Shown: positions 1-16,639 of the stretch, piece by piece
Position numbering within the stretch: position 1 is the stretch's first letter
Layout: the number at the start of each line of letters is the position of its first letter
NCBI GenBank assembly: GCA_951406725.2
Contig: OX597830.1
Location: 24,304,001-24,368,000 of the forward strand
Reading direction: 5' to 3'
Source of the DNA: Octopus vulgaris
Lineage: Eukaryota
Length of the DNA: 64,000 nt
Position numbers and translations under genes: made by a program
The notes under the pieces: generated by a model
Told to the model about the DNA's origin: nothing
What the model saw: only the letters and a program-made list of their open reading frames with translations
Database searches by the model: none

Positions 1-86
1 TCCTACTGCTCCTCCCCTCCCTTCCTCCTCCTCCATTTCCTCCTACTCCTCCTTCTCCTTTCCTACTTCTCCTCCTCCCCCTCCTC

Positions 87-121
<35 letters not shown>

Positions 122-195
122 TGTCATCAACACTAAAGTGATGATGGCAATGATGATAACGATGATGAAGTTGAAGATAATGATAATGATGATGA

Positions 196-235
<40 letters not shown>

Positions 236-244
236 AACGACAAC

Positions 245-325
<81 letters not shown>

Positions 326-480
326 AATGATGATGTTTACTCTGCATTATATTCTGTTATTTGTTTTGTGGTTTTATATTGAATACAAATGTTTCCTAGT
401 ATTCTCTTTGTTTCTTCGTTCATTTTCATGTTGTTGTCTTTTTCGTTGTTGTTGTTGTTGTTGTTATTGTTGTTGTTGCT
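1..480. repeat. Low-complexity trinucleotide tracts (TCC, TCA, GAT, GAC, TTG)
   Basis: Directly visible simple repeats; source of the poly-M/T/H/C ORFs. Confidence 0.95.
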
Positions 481-723
481 GTTTATTATGTATTCGGTTG
501 TTTTCCTTGTTTACTTGTTTGATGTTCACTTTTATTTCGGTTGTTTTATATGGTTTGTTTGCTACGAGATTGTCTCTGGTTTTTATAACACCGGCTATTT
601 CTGGTTTGTAATTGAGATTGTATATTTTGCGTTGTTGCCTCGCAAGATTTATCTGTTTGTTTTGTTTTGTTTTTTGCTTTGTTTGTTTTCGGATGCGTCT
701 ATAATTATTTTGTTGACTGGATG

Positions 724-757
<34 letters not shown>

Positions 758-781
758 CACGTATGTATGTATGTATGTATG

Positions 782-840
<59 letters not shown>

Positions 841-883
841 TATACATGTATATATATATATATTTATATTTATATATACGTTT

Positions 884-917
<34 letters not shown>

Positions 918-1036
918 ATGTATGTATGTATGTATCAAGGGTTGAAAAAAGAATACAACAAGGAGAAAAGTTAGACGAAATCAGAGTAAACGACAGATAC
1001 ATATGTATGCCTATATATATATACATATGTATATGT

Positions 1037-1120
<84 letters not shown>

Positions 1121-4005
1121 GTATACACACACATATATATATACATGTATGTATGTATGTATGTATGTATGTATGTATGTATGTATGTATGTATATATTA
1201 GTGACTGGTAATTCTGAATTCTGAAAATCTTGATTCGCTTTGTTGACGAAACTCACTCCTTCGGGCTTCTTAATTTTTTATTTATTTCTCTATTTAGTTA
1301 TTTTATTTATTTATTTATTTATTTATTTATTCAATTATTTATTTTGAAGTTTCTGAAAGTGATTTTTTGTTTGTTTGTTTTTTTGTTGTTGTTTTTTTTT
1401 TTTTTACATTGATTTGTGAATGCGTTGTAATGATAATTGGTAGGTGGTCCTTTGGAAAATATGGTGGTTGTTTTGCCAAGTTGTTACGGTAGCTAGCTGT
1501 GCGACGTAAAATATAATGCCCGGAGAAGAGATGCTGTAGTTGGCTTGATACGGTATGCGTGTCGGTATGGATTGTTTTTGTTATAAGGGGAGTTTAGTTG
1601 GACTGCTATTATGCACTGTTAGCTGAACAGGTTAAAAGGCCAAGAGTTGTTGAACGTGTTGAAATCTCTTACATTTATAGTGTTTCTGCGGGTATTACAC
1701 TTTGACTGCGTAATTAAATTTCAGGGTCATTCCTGTAATAACGTTAATTATCCAACGAAAAATAAAACAGATATATTTTGCTTCTGCAATGCTTCTTTAG
1801 TATCTCTTGTAGAAACGGTTTTCATATAATCTCCACTAAAATATTTGGTTTTTGCTCCGTGAAGTGTTGTATAATGAAATATGTGAAAAAACTTAGAAAA
1901 TCCAAAAAATTGTCTTTCATAAAATGTGTCCCTGAAAGAGTCGCCACTTCTTGCCGCTTAAGAAAAGGGTTGTTTTTTTTTTCAAAACCCTGGGGTAAAA
2001 CTGCTTCCTGTAGTTAATGGTAATAACATTTCGATCGGATAATATCCACTTCCCGCATTCAAAGTGGAGTTCACTTGTGCAATTTGATAGGGAAACTTGT
2101 CGCGATGGTGGCGGTGCCTATCTGTTTATGATATTAATGTGATCAGGCGACATGTATCTTCGAGCAAGATACTTCATTTCACGACTCTTCAGCTGTAAAT
2201 CAATACTGACCGAGTTCAGATTCAGCTCTTTCTATGTCCATCTGTCGCATACTACTGTGTTAAGTCATGAGTAAGCGGGCCAAAGGATTATCATATTTTC
2301 TCGCAATTACATAAGCACGTAAAGAACATTAATGAAAGCATGATACATGTAATCACATCATATCCGCTACTGAGTGACAGCCGATTATATTTTTGTAAAG
2401 CCTTAATCTTTAGTATACCGTCTTTTTTCTGTAAGTTTACAAATGTCATTTTGATCTCAATATCTCATATGCGTCTTTCGTTTCATGTGTTATGAAAGGG
2501 TCTGCCTAGTCTGGCCTATGAGCATTTAGAATATTCATTGTTCAGTGAGAATTTCTTAAGCTATTGCAACTCCAATATCGCGTCTGATGATAAATCTTTT
2601 AGTTCTATAAAAGTGTTTATGATGCCCTTAATATTATAATGGTAGAATTATAAAATTGTATATGCCAGTTTTCTGATGATGCGCATTTTTAAATGAACAG
2701 TATGTGGACCTGAGATTTTAGGAATGGAAATAACGATGGCAAATCTTGTCTTTATCGCAACTGCTTCTGTCGTTGACAGTACAACTTTTCAGGAAATTTG
2801 TTGTTTTGTCGTACTAAAGGGTGAATTTTGTAGACTTCGCAAAACAATTACCACTACAGTTGTTTTAGAGTCTGTTTCGTGGAGATTCATGGATGTAGTC
2901 GTTCTCTAACGACATTTGCTCGATTTGAGAGACTTATTTCTGTGTCAAAAAATCAACATTCGACCGATTTTGAAACCATTACCATCGTTATTCGTAGCAT
3001 ATTATATTCAGTATTACTTTATCAGTATATTGAGCTATCTTTGAGGTAAGGGTGACAGCATCTAAAGAAGATTTGCCTGCAATTTCATACAGATAATCGT
3101 CTTCTTTGTGGCATTCGCGTTGGAAACAGCAGTAGTAGAGTAAAAGGAAAGAACACGTAACGTTTAAGAAAGTTTTGAAGTTCCTCTCCGAAGAATCGCT
3201 TTGGTTCACAAAGTGATTTAGTTTACTAACTCAAGAATAATTTCTCCAAGTGTAAGAAGGAAGAAAAATCTAACAGTATATCACTGGTCTTTGTTCAATC
3301 GATTAAAAATAGTAGCCAAATCTCCATCAGATCATATTGTTTATAATATAAAGGATACGCTATATATCATGGATATTGTAGTCCATTAAATAAAAAAGGG
3401 TAGAATGGCGAAGATAATAACGGTTTTAATCATATTGCTGTTCGTTCTGTGCGACAGCATCAGCAACAACGATGTCAACAGCACAACGTATTGAATTTAA
3501 TTTCATCTTTTCACGAACTGGGTCCAAATCCCACAAAATTTTTAATTGTTTCCCTGTGGGGATTTGAAAAGCAAGTAATATTTGTTGCTGTTGTTGCTTA
3601 ACCCTAGGTCATGTCTCCAGAGGAGACCCATGCCCCAAAGCATTCCAGCCATAACCATTGCAGTTCTTCACAAGAGAACTGAACCCCGTCATTGATTATA
3701 TCCATCTTACCGTCCTTGTTGAATGGGTATGATTTCAAGGAGACTTCATTGCTATTTCTAGCATGCCAAGCAACCACATAAAGGCTACATTATTCGCTCG
3801 TTAACACAATACATTATTTCGTCTCTCCCATTATTTATTTTTTATCACTCTGTTTTTTGAACTCGCAATAAATTACAATTTAATATATTTTTGATTAATT
3901 GACAAATAATCTCTTATCAACATCTTGGGAATGTATCAATAAAAGATCAATACTTGATGAACTTCTCACTCTATATATATACGTATATTAAATAACATGT
4001 ATATT

Positions 4006-4037
<32 letters not shown>

Positions 4038-4089
4038 TGTATGTATGTATGTATGTATGTATGTATGTATGTATGTATGTATTCATGTA

Positions 4090-4510
4090 TGTTATTGTTC
4101 AGTTTTATTTCAAGATTTATTGCCAGTAGAGAAAGACCCGGTTTCTAACCTAGGTTCAAGCCTCCTTCATAGGAATTTCAACATTGTGGAGGCACATGGC
4201 CTAGTGGTTAGAGCAGCCGACTCGCGGTCGAGGGATCGCGGGTTCGAATCGCAGATGTGTGTGTTTTATGAGCTAAAACACCTAAGCTTCACACGGCTCC
4301 GGCAGAAGGTAATGGCGAACTTCTGCTGACTCTTTCGCCACAACTTTCTCTCACTCTTTCCTCCTGCATCTTGCAGCTCACCGGCGACGGACCGGCGTCC
4401 CGTCCAGGTGGAGAACCTATACGCCAAGAAACCGGGAGACCGGCCCTTATGACCCAGGCATGACTCGAGAAAGAACAAACAACAAATTTCAACATCAACA
4501 ACAGCGTATT
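4090..4510 (-). mobile_element. Short 3'-end remnant of the R4/Dong-like LINE family, within (TATG)n and split by a SINE
   Basis: 4090-4184 plus 4496-4510 match 61803-61908 (ttcagttttatt...ccggtttctaacctag...ctccttcat.ggaatttcaacatcaacaacag), which lies downstream of the RLE-type ORF. Confidence 0.7.
4185..4484 (+). mobile_element. tRNA-derived SINE with 11-bp target-site duplication
   Basis: A box TGGCCTAGTGG, B box GGTTCGAATC, (CAA)-type tail; AATTTCAACAT repeated at 4174-4184 and 4485-4495. Confidence 0.88.
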
Positions 4511-5231
4511 TTTGTTTGTTTGTTTGTATGTATGTATCTATGTATGTATGTATTGTATGTATGTATGTATGTATGTATTGTATGTATGTATGTATGTATG
4601 TATGTATGTATGTATGTATGTATGTATGTATGTATGTATGAATGTATGTATTCATGCATGCATGTATGTATGCATGCATGCATGTATGTATGTATGTATG
4701 TATGTATGTATGTATGTATACGACACGCTTCCTCGGCTTTGGGTTCAGTTTCATAGCGCAGCAACTTTTTCAATTTTTGCTCCAGACTGACCAATGCATT
4801 GTTTTCGGAATTTGATTCGCGAAAGCCGGGGTGAAGGCGTTCATATAGACGTATATGCGTGTATGTGTATATGTCTTTCATCGACGACGTAGGGGTTGGA
4901 TACAAACCCGAAACACTTTGAATTATTTTTTTCTTCATTGAGTTATAGATAGATACTCCCTTGTCATACTCGTTGCCATGGATACAGCGAACAGTGGTTG
5001 GCACGTCCGAGAACTGTAATCGACGATGCTTTGTTCATAAATGGCATTATAAAAGAAAATGGCGTCATAAATGAAACGATAAAGAAACAGCAGTATCGTA
5101 TAATTTTATGCCTAACAATTGCACGAACGAGTGGAACATAACAAAGAAACAAGACGCATTTTGAAATGCATTAATGCCACAGCATCCCAGTTACTTACAA
5201 CTAAAAGTACATAATGTATGTATGCATGTAT

Positions 5232-5473
5232 CTCTTTTACTCTTTTACTTGTTTCAGTCGTTTGACTGCGGCCATGCTGGAGCACCGCCTTTAGTCGAGC
5301 AAATAGACCCCAGGACTTATTCTCTGGAAGCTTTGTACTTATTCTATCGATTCGCTTTTGCCGAACCGCTAAGTTAAGGAGACGTAAACACACTAGCATC
5401 GGTTGTCAAGCGATGTTGGGGGGACAAACACAGACACACAAACATATACGCACACATATGAAAGAAGCCCGTC

Positions 5474-5531
<58 letters not shown>

Positions 5532-5690
5532 GACGGGCTTCTTTCAGTTTCCGTCAACCAAATCCACTCACAAGGCTTCGGTCGGCTCGAAACTATAGTA
5601 GAAGACACTTGCCCAAGGTACCACGCAGTGGGACTGAACCTGGAACCATGTGGCTGGTAAGCAAGCTACCTACCACACAGCCACTCATGC
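5232..5690 (-). mobile_element. tRNA-derived SINE family A with internal (TA)n and (AGAGTAAA)n tail
   Basis: Near-identical copies at 19267, 28742, 31753, 45237, 46338 and 63280; head tggctgtgtggta...ggttcagtccc on minus strand. Confidence 0.9.
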
Positions 5691-6137
5691 ATAAACATTT
5701 CTTTGTTAGAAAGACTGGGCGACAACTCTTAACATGTTTTTGTTTGATAAGACCTCATCAGCAAAACAGTAATTGATGTGGTTGCTTCGTTATTGAGAGT
5801 TGCTAGTTATGCATACACAAAGATGACACACACCCAAAACAACATAAATCCCAATTAATAAATAGGACCGAATGATATTATTTACGAGGAAGATAAAATT
5901 GGGGTTACAATCTATTTTTGATAGATTGCTATCCTTGAACTCATTTCGAAACGGATGTTGCTCGATACATCTACGTATATACATGTGTTTATATATCTCT
6001 TTCTCGTTGTCTCTCCCTCCTTCCCTCCTTCTTTCTTTCTCTTTCTCTCTCTCTCTCCATCCTTCTTTCTCTTTTCTCTTTCGCTCCCTCTCCCTCTCTC
6101 TCTCCCTCTATCGGCTGTTTGTCTGTATATCGCTCTG

Positions 6138-6220
<83 letters not shown>

Positions 6221-6224
<4 letters not shown>

Positions 6225-8060
6225 TAGACACCCTACTGAAACTCTTGCTGAAATACATCAAAAGTTTCATTAGTGATGATTTAGACATGTTAGAACACCT
6301 ACCAAAAACAATCAATGAAGAGGCAATATTGATTACCCTCGATGTTATCAATCTTTATGCCAACATCCCCCATGACTATGGAATAAAAGCAATTAAATTC
6401 TGGTTGGAAAAGTACCCCCGAAGTCCTCTCGGAACGCATAAACCAGATCTTTATTATTGAATCCTTAAAATTTATACTTCAGAACAATTATTTCCTATAT
6501 GATGTGGAATATGGAATTGCGATGGGAACAAAAGCAGCTCCTGTTCTTGCAAACGTAATAATGGGTTATTTTGAATTCACCTTATATGAAGTATCACTTC
6601 AGAAATATGGTTACCCATTTTACCTCTACATAAGAGAAAATTGGAAGAGATACCTAGATGACTGCTTTATCATTTGGAAGGAGAACATCGACAAACTTTT
6701 GGACTTCAAATCAACACTAAGTGATATAAATAGTAACATTCAATTCACAATGGAATATAACAAAGAACAACTCCCATTTTTAGACATCATTATAAAAAGA
6801 AGTTAACAATGAAATCATAACTGACATTTATTATAGACCAACTGATTCAAAACAATATCTTCTCTTTAACTCATGCCAGCCGAAGCACATCAAAATAAAC
6901 ATCCCTTTCAATTTAGCAAAAAGGATTTGCGTAATAGTGTCTGATAGAACAACTCGGGACCTTCGTCTTCAAGACCTCAAAACAACGCTTATTGAATATC
7001 CACCTTCATTTATCGACGAGGGAATTAAATGTGCCAAACAATTAGACACAAAAACACTAAGAACAACAAAACATAACACCACACCTCAACTCAAAACATT
7101 ACTATTTATATCAACACAGAACCCCAGAAACAGTGAAGCATTCAACACTACTGTGCAAGCTTCCATTACTAACTAGAGATCCAAAAATGAACGACATCCT
7201 GAAAACACACAAACTCATCAAATACAAAAAACAAGAAAAATCGCTAAAGTGACTACTAACAAATGCGAAGCTTTACAAAACAACCGCGAAACCAACGGTT
7301 GAAAAATGTGGACACCCAAACTGTGGAACCTGTCCCAACCTGCTTGAAGGCTCGGATTTCCTTTTCAAACAAGGACAGAGGTTCACAATTAAAACTAGTT
7401 TCACTTGTGCCTCTGAGAACCTAATTTATGTAATAATCTGTTCGGGTTGCGGACACAACTATATTAGACAAACGAATATGACATTGAGAAAGAGAACCAC
7501 TCTACATAAAGAGCAAATCCGTTTCCCGCAATGCAGGCAAATTCCTCTCAGTAAACATATAGAAAAATGTGCAGATAACATCAAACCAAATTCCACAGTC
7601 TTCCCCTTCTACCAATGCATAGACACAATTTCTCCACTAGAACGTTTAAATAAAGAAACTTTCTTCATTGAAAAATACAGAACACGCACGACCAACTTTT
7701 ATCTTTTTACATATTTCAATTCACGATTACATCACTGTACATAAATCCCCTCACTAAACAAGGTTTTCGAAACTTTGTCTGTACACATATATATTCTCCT
7801 CCCATTACCGAAAGCTGAACAGTTATCTCCCTTACCCACAACAATAACAATAATAACGATAACCAATTATCTCCCTTAATTTATCTACTTGTGAAGTCAT
7901 TTCACACACAACATGGACAAAATTTCTTTCTTAAAGAAAAAATACATATTCAAGCAAGTAAAACATATCATGAATAGCGATAGCGAAACCGGTCGATATA
8001 TTAAAAATTATATTAAAACTATGTAAGTGTGCGTATTTTCCTTTTTTAATTTCTTATATA
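6221..8060 (+). mobile_element. Penelope-like retroelement (RT + GIY-YIG), 5'-truncated, frameshifted
   Basis: ORF pieces give LDVINLYANIPHD, GIAMGTKAAP, WKRYLDDCF, LPFLDI, KCGHPNCGTC, NLIYVIICSGCGHNYIRQT, VFPFY; collinear with the ORF at 37438-39210. Confidence 0.92.
7965..7999 (+). ncRNA. Degenerate minimal type-I hammerhead motif in the Penelope 3' region
   Basis: ATATC-ATGAATA-GC-GATA-GC-GAAA-CCGG-TC-GATAT: stem I ATATC/GATAT, palindromic stem III, core differs from CUGANGA at positions 3 and 8. Confidence 0.55.
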
Positions 8061-8174
8061 CATTACAACTCACCACGTGGGGATAATCGAAATTCCTCTT
8101 TTCTGTTACTACTACTATATATACACATACATATATATATATATACATACACACACACACATAATATATATATG

Positions 8175-8497
8175 CATGCCTGTGCGGTAAGAAGCTTGCA
8201 TCCTAACCACATGGTTCCGGGTCCAATCCCGTTGTGTGACACCTTGGGCAAGTGTGTTGCACTATAGCCTTGCGCCGACCAAACCCTTGTACACGGAAAC
8301 TAAAAGAAGCTCGTTGCACACACATATATATATAGGCGTAGGAGTGGCTGTGTGGTAAGTAGCTTGCTTTCCAACCACATGGTTCCAGGTTCAGTCCCAC
8401 TGCGTGGCACCTTGGGCAAGTGTCTTCTACTATTGCCTCGGGCCGACCAAAGCCTTGTGAGTGGATTTGGTAGACAGAAACGGAAAGAAGCCCGTCG
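8175..8497 (+). mobile_element. Two adjacent 5' halves of SINE family A
   Basis: 8175-8313 (diverged) and 8335-8497 match the family head. Confidence 0.85.
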
Positions 8498-8969
8498 TTT
8501 ACATATATATATATATATACATACATACATACATACATACATACATAGAAAAACATGATAGGAGTACAGTAAACTTCACGTGAGGAGTAGAATATGTCTA
8601 CACTTATTTTGCGTCCGTTATCAGTTGCAGCCAGTTTTTCAAGCTGAGAGGTTGTAAAATCCTGTTTGTCTTTCTACAACCTCTTTTCTATATATTTTCA
8701 TGCCTTCACGACGCAGAGTTACTCAGGGTTTCTTCTAGTTTGCCTATATATATATATATATTAATAAATTTTAGGGTAGAAAAAAAATTATTTTATTTTA
8801 TTTACAAAAGATTGCCGAAACTATGCATAGTCCAGAAAAGATAGGGTAAACGTTTTTATTTCTCTTTCCATTTCAGAATTACAACTATTAGTGATTTGGA
8901 GTTTAACTGCTCTTTCTAGTGCGTCAGATGTCCTATTATGGCCATCTCTTATATGTTTGTATATATTTG

Positions 8970-9001
<32 letters not shown>

Positions 9002-9343
9002 TATATAAAAATACACATAAATATATATATATATATTTGTATATACATATGTGTTTGTGTGTAGTGTGTGTGTGTGTGAATCAAAATTTGTTTTTGCACA
9101 CGTCAATAGTCCTACGTCAATGAGTGCATCACGTAATATTTGGGAAGATAGCGGTATGGGAACAACGATAACTATGGAATCTGAGATCGTATTGGTGCGT
9201 TTCCGTCGGATCGTATTATCAGTCAAAGAGTTCCCGGTTATACATGATTGACAAAACAAACTGATTGTGTGCTCTGGTGTTCAAATACACATGGTTATTA
9301 GAACATTATATATATATATATGTGCGATGTAAATACACACATA

Positions 9344-9415
<72 letters not shown>

Positions 9416-9536
9416 TGTATGTATACATATATATACAAATAAACATATACAGGCATATGGATATATACACATATATACATACGTAGATACATGCATGTAT
9501 ATAGGTATGTATAAAATATATATATGTATATACGTA

Positions 9537-9594
<58 letters not shown>

Positions 9595-9675
9595 TAAAAA
9601 AATGGAGTTTGCTGCCCTGGTAACTATTTATTTATTTTTTCCGTGTTAATTGTTAACAAGGTAAAAATACACTCA

Positions 9676-9760
<85 letters not shown>

Positions 9761-9985
9761 GCATATGTGTGTGTATATATACGTGTATACACACACGCAC
9801 ACACACACACACACACACACAAAAGGTTTGGTAGAACAAACTTCAAAAACAGAAATCACTAAGTGTGTATATATAAAATTTCTATTGTATTTATATTCTC
9901 ACTTGTAAATTTTTGTCGATTAAATATGACTACTGTTATTTGCCGCATTCTGTCGTTTAAGTAGCTAAAACATATGTGCTTGTGC

Positions 9986-10047
<62 letters not shown>

Positions 10048-11003
10048 ATTTATACAGATATAGATGAATTTATGGGGGCGCACGGTTTATTGTGTGTGAG
10101 TGTATGTAAGTTTAATATTGCAAAGTCCTGACTCAGAGAAATTCGATAGCAAGTTTGCGTCGGCAAACAGTAGTCGAAAGGAAATAGTAATAAAGATAAA
10201 TCTAATGTAAATTTAATTGTCGCGACTAAAAGGAAAATTATTAATGTTTCGAGCCCTCACTCTTTGTCAAGATAGATATGATATAGTAGAGAAAAAGTTT
10301 TATGAAATTTCAAAAAAAAAAAAAAAAACTTTATCCGTGATCTGATAAGTATGAGTAATTGTATTAGTAATACAATTCGTAAGTGGCTGCTCGCGGTTAT
10401 TTATTTATTTATTTATTTTGTTATTCAGTTTCCTTCTCCATTTTTAATCTCTGAATTCTTTCTTGTTATGAACGAAATACTCAAAACTGTTGTGCAGTTG
10501 CATTTTTTTTTCTCATTCACATGGTTTTCGTTTCCTCTTCTCAACAAAAGTATTGTGTATGTCGAGTTTGTATTTTGTGAAGCAAGTTTTCATTAGAATC
10601 ATCAGAACCACCACCATCACCACCAACTACTACTACTACGCACACACACGCACGCATACTACTCACACAAGCACGCGCGCACACAGATCACAGATACTAT
10701 CACACACACATACAACTCACGCAAACACGCACACATACTGACCATCTTCACACTCTCCTGTCTCCAAAAACAATTTCAACCCTTTCTACTTCCGATCATC
10801 TCAGTAAAGTAATTACACCTGTGCCGTTGAAGATTTTTTTACCTTCTTCGAACTTTTCCCTTTCGTCTTTCCGACGATGAGCTATGCTCGCAACATCAAA
10901 CTCTCTCTTTTCACCGAACGTCAAGCCAATATGTTTCGTATGCACGCCCTCAGGTTGTCCGTTTTTATTCGTTTATTTGAACTGTTTGTTTATTTAAATT
11001 GAT

Positions 11004-11037
<34 letters not shown>

Positions 11038-11076
11038 CACTCACAGATATAGATGTATATAGACAGATAGATATAC

Positions 11077-11136
<60 letters not shown>

Positions 11137-11175
11137 ACACACACACACACATATGCACCCTTATATATGTATATG

Positions 11176-12057
11176 TAGGGGTTGGACAAAAGAATGGAAA
11201 CACCTTAAAAATTCAAGCAAATTTATTTTAGAATGCTTAAATGGTCTTGGGTATTAATTCTGGCATGAAAGAAAATCATAGTCCAGCGGATTTCCAAGAT
11301 ATAGCCCTGATCATCGCAGATCCTCCTCCGTATTTAACAGTTGACAGAAGGCAGTTTGAGTCAAATGCTTCTTTTGGCTGTCGCCACACTTATACTTGGT
11401 CGGTGGTTGGAAATAAGGTAAACGATGACTCGTCCGAGAAAATAACATTCTTCCACTGCTCTTGGGGCCAATTCTGTAGGTTTTTACTCCACTCTAAACG
11501 CTCTACAATGTTTGTTTTTGAAGGTAGTGGTTTTCTGATTGCAGCCTCCCGTAAAATCCGGCTTTATGCTACTCCCAGCGAACAGTTTTTATGAAAACTG
11601 GATTCTCGAGTTGGTCATTACGCTCTGCAGTAATTTTGGCAGCTGTACTTTTGTGTTCCTTTCTAACAATTCGCATATGAATCCGACGGTCTCTTTCTGA
11701 AAGTTTTGGTTTACTTCTGGAGTTTTGTTTCGATGAGGAGGCTTTTCCCTCTTTCTCAAAGGCCGTCATTACTTTCGAGACCAAACATTTCGGCTGTTTT
11801 CGTTACGCTAGCGTCTGCCATACGAGCACCAACAATTTGACCTCTTTCAATGTCCAATAGCTCTGTCATTTTAATGAATTTTAATTACTTTTTCTGATGA
11901 TATCTGAAAAGAAAGAGCAATTTTAGCAAAACATATTAAGCAACACTAATAATAAATCAAAACACTTAAAAATAGACAAGCTTTTGACGGTTTTATAGAT
12001 AATTCAAAATTATGATGCTATGGTGTTAGGTATTTCCATTATTTTGTCCAACCTCTG
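11176..12057 (-). mobile_element. Tc1-like DNA transposon, internally deleted
   Basis: TIRs (t)AGGGGTTGGACAAAAGAATGGAAACACCT / AGGTATTTCCATTATTTTGTCCAACCTCTG; minus strand from 11869 reads MTELLDIERGQIVGAR..., then KPKLSERDRR and, in a further frame, WKNVIFSDESSF. Confidence 0.9.
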
Positions 12058-12064
12058 AATGTTT

Positions 12065-12105
<41 letters not shown>

Positions 12106-12106
12106 C

Positions 12107-12173
<67 letters not shown>

Positions 12174-12199
12174 CATACATACATACATAATATACATAC

Positions 12200-12267
<68 letters not shown>

Positions 12268-12269
12268 GT

Positions 12270-13670
<1,401 letters not shown>

Positions 13671-13672
13671 TA

Positions 13673-13741
<69 letters not shown>

Positions 13742-14091
13742 TATTATGTATGTATGTATGTATGTATGTATGTATGTATGTATGAATGAATGTATGTATG
13801 TATGTATGTATGTATGTATTTATGTATGTATGTATGTATTTATGTATGTATGTATGTATTTATTTACGTATATATGTATGCACGTATGTATGTATGCATG
13901 TATGTATGTATGCATGTACATAAGAATGTATGTATGCATGCATGTACGCATGTACGTGCGTGTCTGAATACATATGTATATATATATATATGTACATGTA
14001 TATGTATATATATATGTATATATATATATGTGTATATATATATATATATTTATATATATGTGTATATATATAATATTTATATATATATATG

Positions 14092-14176
<85 letters not shown>

Positions 14177-14389
14177 GGGAGAGTGTGTGTGTATGTTTAT
14201 GGGTAGGTAGTGTACGATCAAATAATTTGATTAAAGACTTGAAATATTTAAAATACCTATAAATATAAAATAAATATAGAGATGAAAGAACCACGTAATT
14301 TTCTGTGTATACGTATATGTATGTCACAGTGAATAGATACGTACCTACTTAACCATATACACTCACACACACACATATATATATATGCG

Positions 14390-14431
<42 letters not shown>

Positions 14432-15044
14432 TGTATGTATGTATGTACGCGCTATGAGTGTTCTTATAAATAGTTGTACGTTTTGAAGGAGAGTATTTTA
14501 TCAAAGATATTAGAAACACGTCTTTTTCTAATTTTCTGATCCTGTTGACATGAAAGGACTTCGACAGGCTCTCATCGCCATCGTGAGGTGGGTACGTGTG
14601 GAGGGTCTGATTTTGAATTTGTGCTATATTATGTACTATTTCTATCCTCCTCATCACTCAGCGACTCTGATGCTCTTAAGAGGATTTAAGGCGAATTTTG
14701 TTTTATTTCCTATTTTATTTCTCTTTGTGTGCAACTTCTTCAGGCCATCTTTGTCTTCTGTTTCCTCACTGTCATCATCACCAACATAATTAGCATCTGC
14801 AGCATTAGCAGCAGCAACGAAGGACGCGTTTGCATTACCGTCATCACCATTGTCGTCATGACAAGTGTCATCAACATTATCATCATACACATATCCACCA
14901 TCATCACCATCATAGTAAAAATCACTGCAATTATCAGCATCATCAGCGCTTCAATCACCACCATCATCACCGACATCACCATTAACAACAAGAACCACAA
15001 CACCATAAAGAACAACACCATCATCGTCGTCGTCGTCGTCGTCG

Positions 15045-15119
<75 letters not shown>

Positions 15120-15398
15120 CCACCATCACCATCATCATTATCAGCAGCGGCAGCAGTAGCCGTCCAAGAATTTGGACCTGGAGATCTCCATTTCCAGCGA
15201 CTTCGAGGTGTCTCCAGTGGTGTCTCCCAGTGGTGTCGGGCTCAACGAAGAGCCCTCGACTACAACAAGACGACCAAAGTTTTTTTTTTCCAAGGTCTGG
15301 AGTCTCCCGCCCCTAAGCCCTACACCATCACCTAATCACCCTTACCCGTCTTGTTGCTTAACAACAACAACACCAGCAGGAGCAACAGCAGCGGCAGT

Positions 15399-15590
15399 AG
15401 AGGCGCAGTGGCACAGTATTTAGGGCAGCTGACTAGCTGTCGTAAGAACGCGGTTTCGATTCCCAGACCGGGCATTGTGAGTGTTTATCGAGCAAAAACA
15501 CCTAAGCTCCACGAGGCTCTGGCGGGGTGTGTGGTAAACCCCGCTGTACTATTTCACCACAACTTTCTCTCACTCTTTCCTCCTACTTCT
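15399..15590 (+). mobile_element. Diverged tRNA-derived SINE, same family as 4185-4484
   Basis: Shares aaaacacctaagct..ac.(a)ggct and cacaactttctctcactctttcctcct. Confidence 0.75.
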
Positions 15591-15858
15591 TCCACAAAGC
15601 AGAGGGACCATGGTGTAACCCACTATGGTGTGGTAAACTTTCAGACCCTAGTCTAGATTGCGAATCCTCTGTACTCCAGGATGGTTAAAAAGCCACCGTT
15701 TACAGAATGAGGATAACAACGTAGCTTTCACACTCGTGCAACCGCCAGTCTATCGCGTGTGGTGGGAGGATCATCAAGTTGCCACACGCATTCTTAGTAG
15801 CTTAGAGTAGGCTCGAATTAGAGATTATTCTTTGTGGCTAATGGCGTGAGTCCTAATT

Positions 15859-15974
15859 GAAGAAGAAGAAGAAGAAGAAGAAGAAGAAGAAGAAGAAGAA
15901 GAAGAAGAAGAAGAAGAAGAAGAAGAAGAAGAAGAAGAAGAAGAAGAAGAAGAAGAAGAAGAAGAAGAAGAAGA
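15859..15974. repeat. (GAA)n tract
   Basis: Directly visible. Confidence 0.97.
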
Positions 15975-16386
15975 CAGCAGCGGCAGCAGTAGCATCAACA
16001 ACCTCATCATTAGAAGCAGCAGCTTCGCCGCGGCCGTCGCAGCTCTTCGCTGTCGCCGTTGTGGCCGTCATCATCGTCGTAGACATTATTTATCGTTGTA
16101 GTTATCGCCGCCGTCGTCGTCGTCGTAGTAGTAGTCGTTGTCGTCATCGCCGTTCTTCATCGTGATATGAATCGTATATTTCTATAAATAAATATATACA
16201 TGTAAATATATACGCACCAATGTACAAATATTCATACCTTATCCGCAGGTATGTCACCTATATACTGGAACAATTCTGCTGTCACGGCCTACAAATTTCT
16301 TGTTTACGTGGAAATTTATGCAAGATATTTGTTATCTGAATAATGTTCTAATCTGTGAAAGTTTGTGGGTTCATACAGACAATATG

Positions 16387-16440
<54 letters not shown>

Positions 16441-16536
16441 CATATTTATATATGTATACAAAATAAATACATATATATGTATATATATATTTACATATAT
16501 ATATATATATGTATATATATACATATATGTATATAC

Positions 16537-16598
<62 letters not shown>

Positions 16599-16639
16599 AC
16601 AAAGTGTACGTAAACCGCTATATATAAATATATATATAT

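Noticed and set aside
1440-3300. Microsatellite-free stretch as coding or transposon remnant
   Set aside because: No recognisable motif in the frames I read; needs BLASTx
4185-4255. tRNA genes at SINE heads (also 19095, 32195, 33770, 63890)
   Set aside because: They continue into SINE bodies and lack a proper acceptor stem
7240-7270. In-frame TGA in the first Penelope as possible selenocysteine
   Set aside because: It aligns to a non-Cys position (SLK*LLT versus NLKTLLT) and the conserved Cys codons are intact; more likely CGA>TGA decay
14530-14600. Possible small exon ending GAG|GTGGGT
   Set aside because: No convincing acceptor or homology
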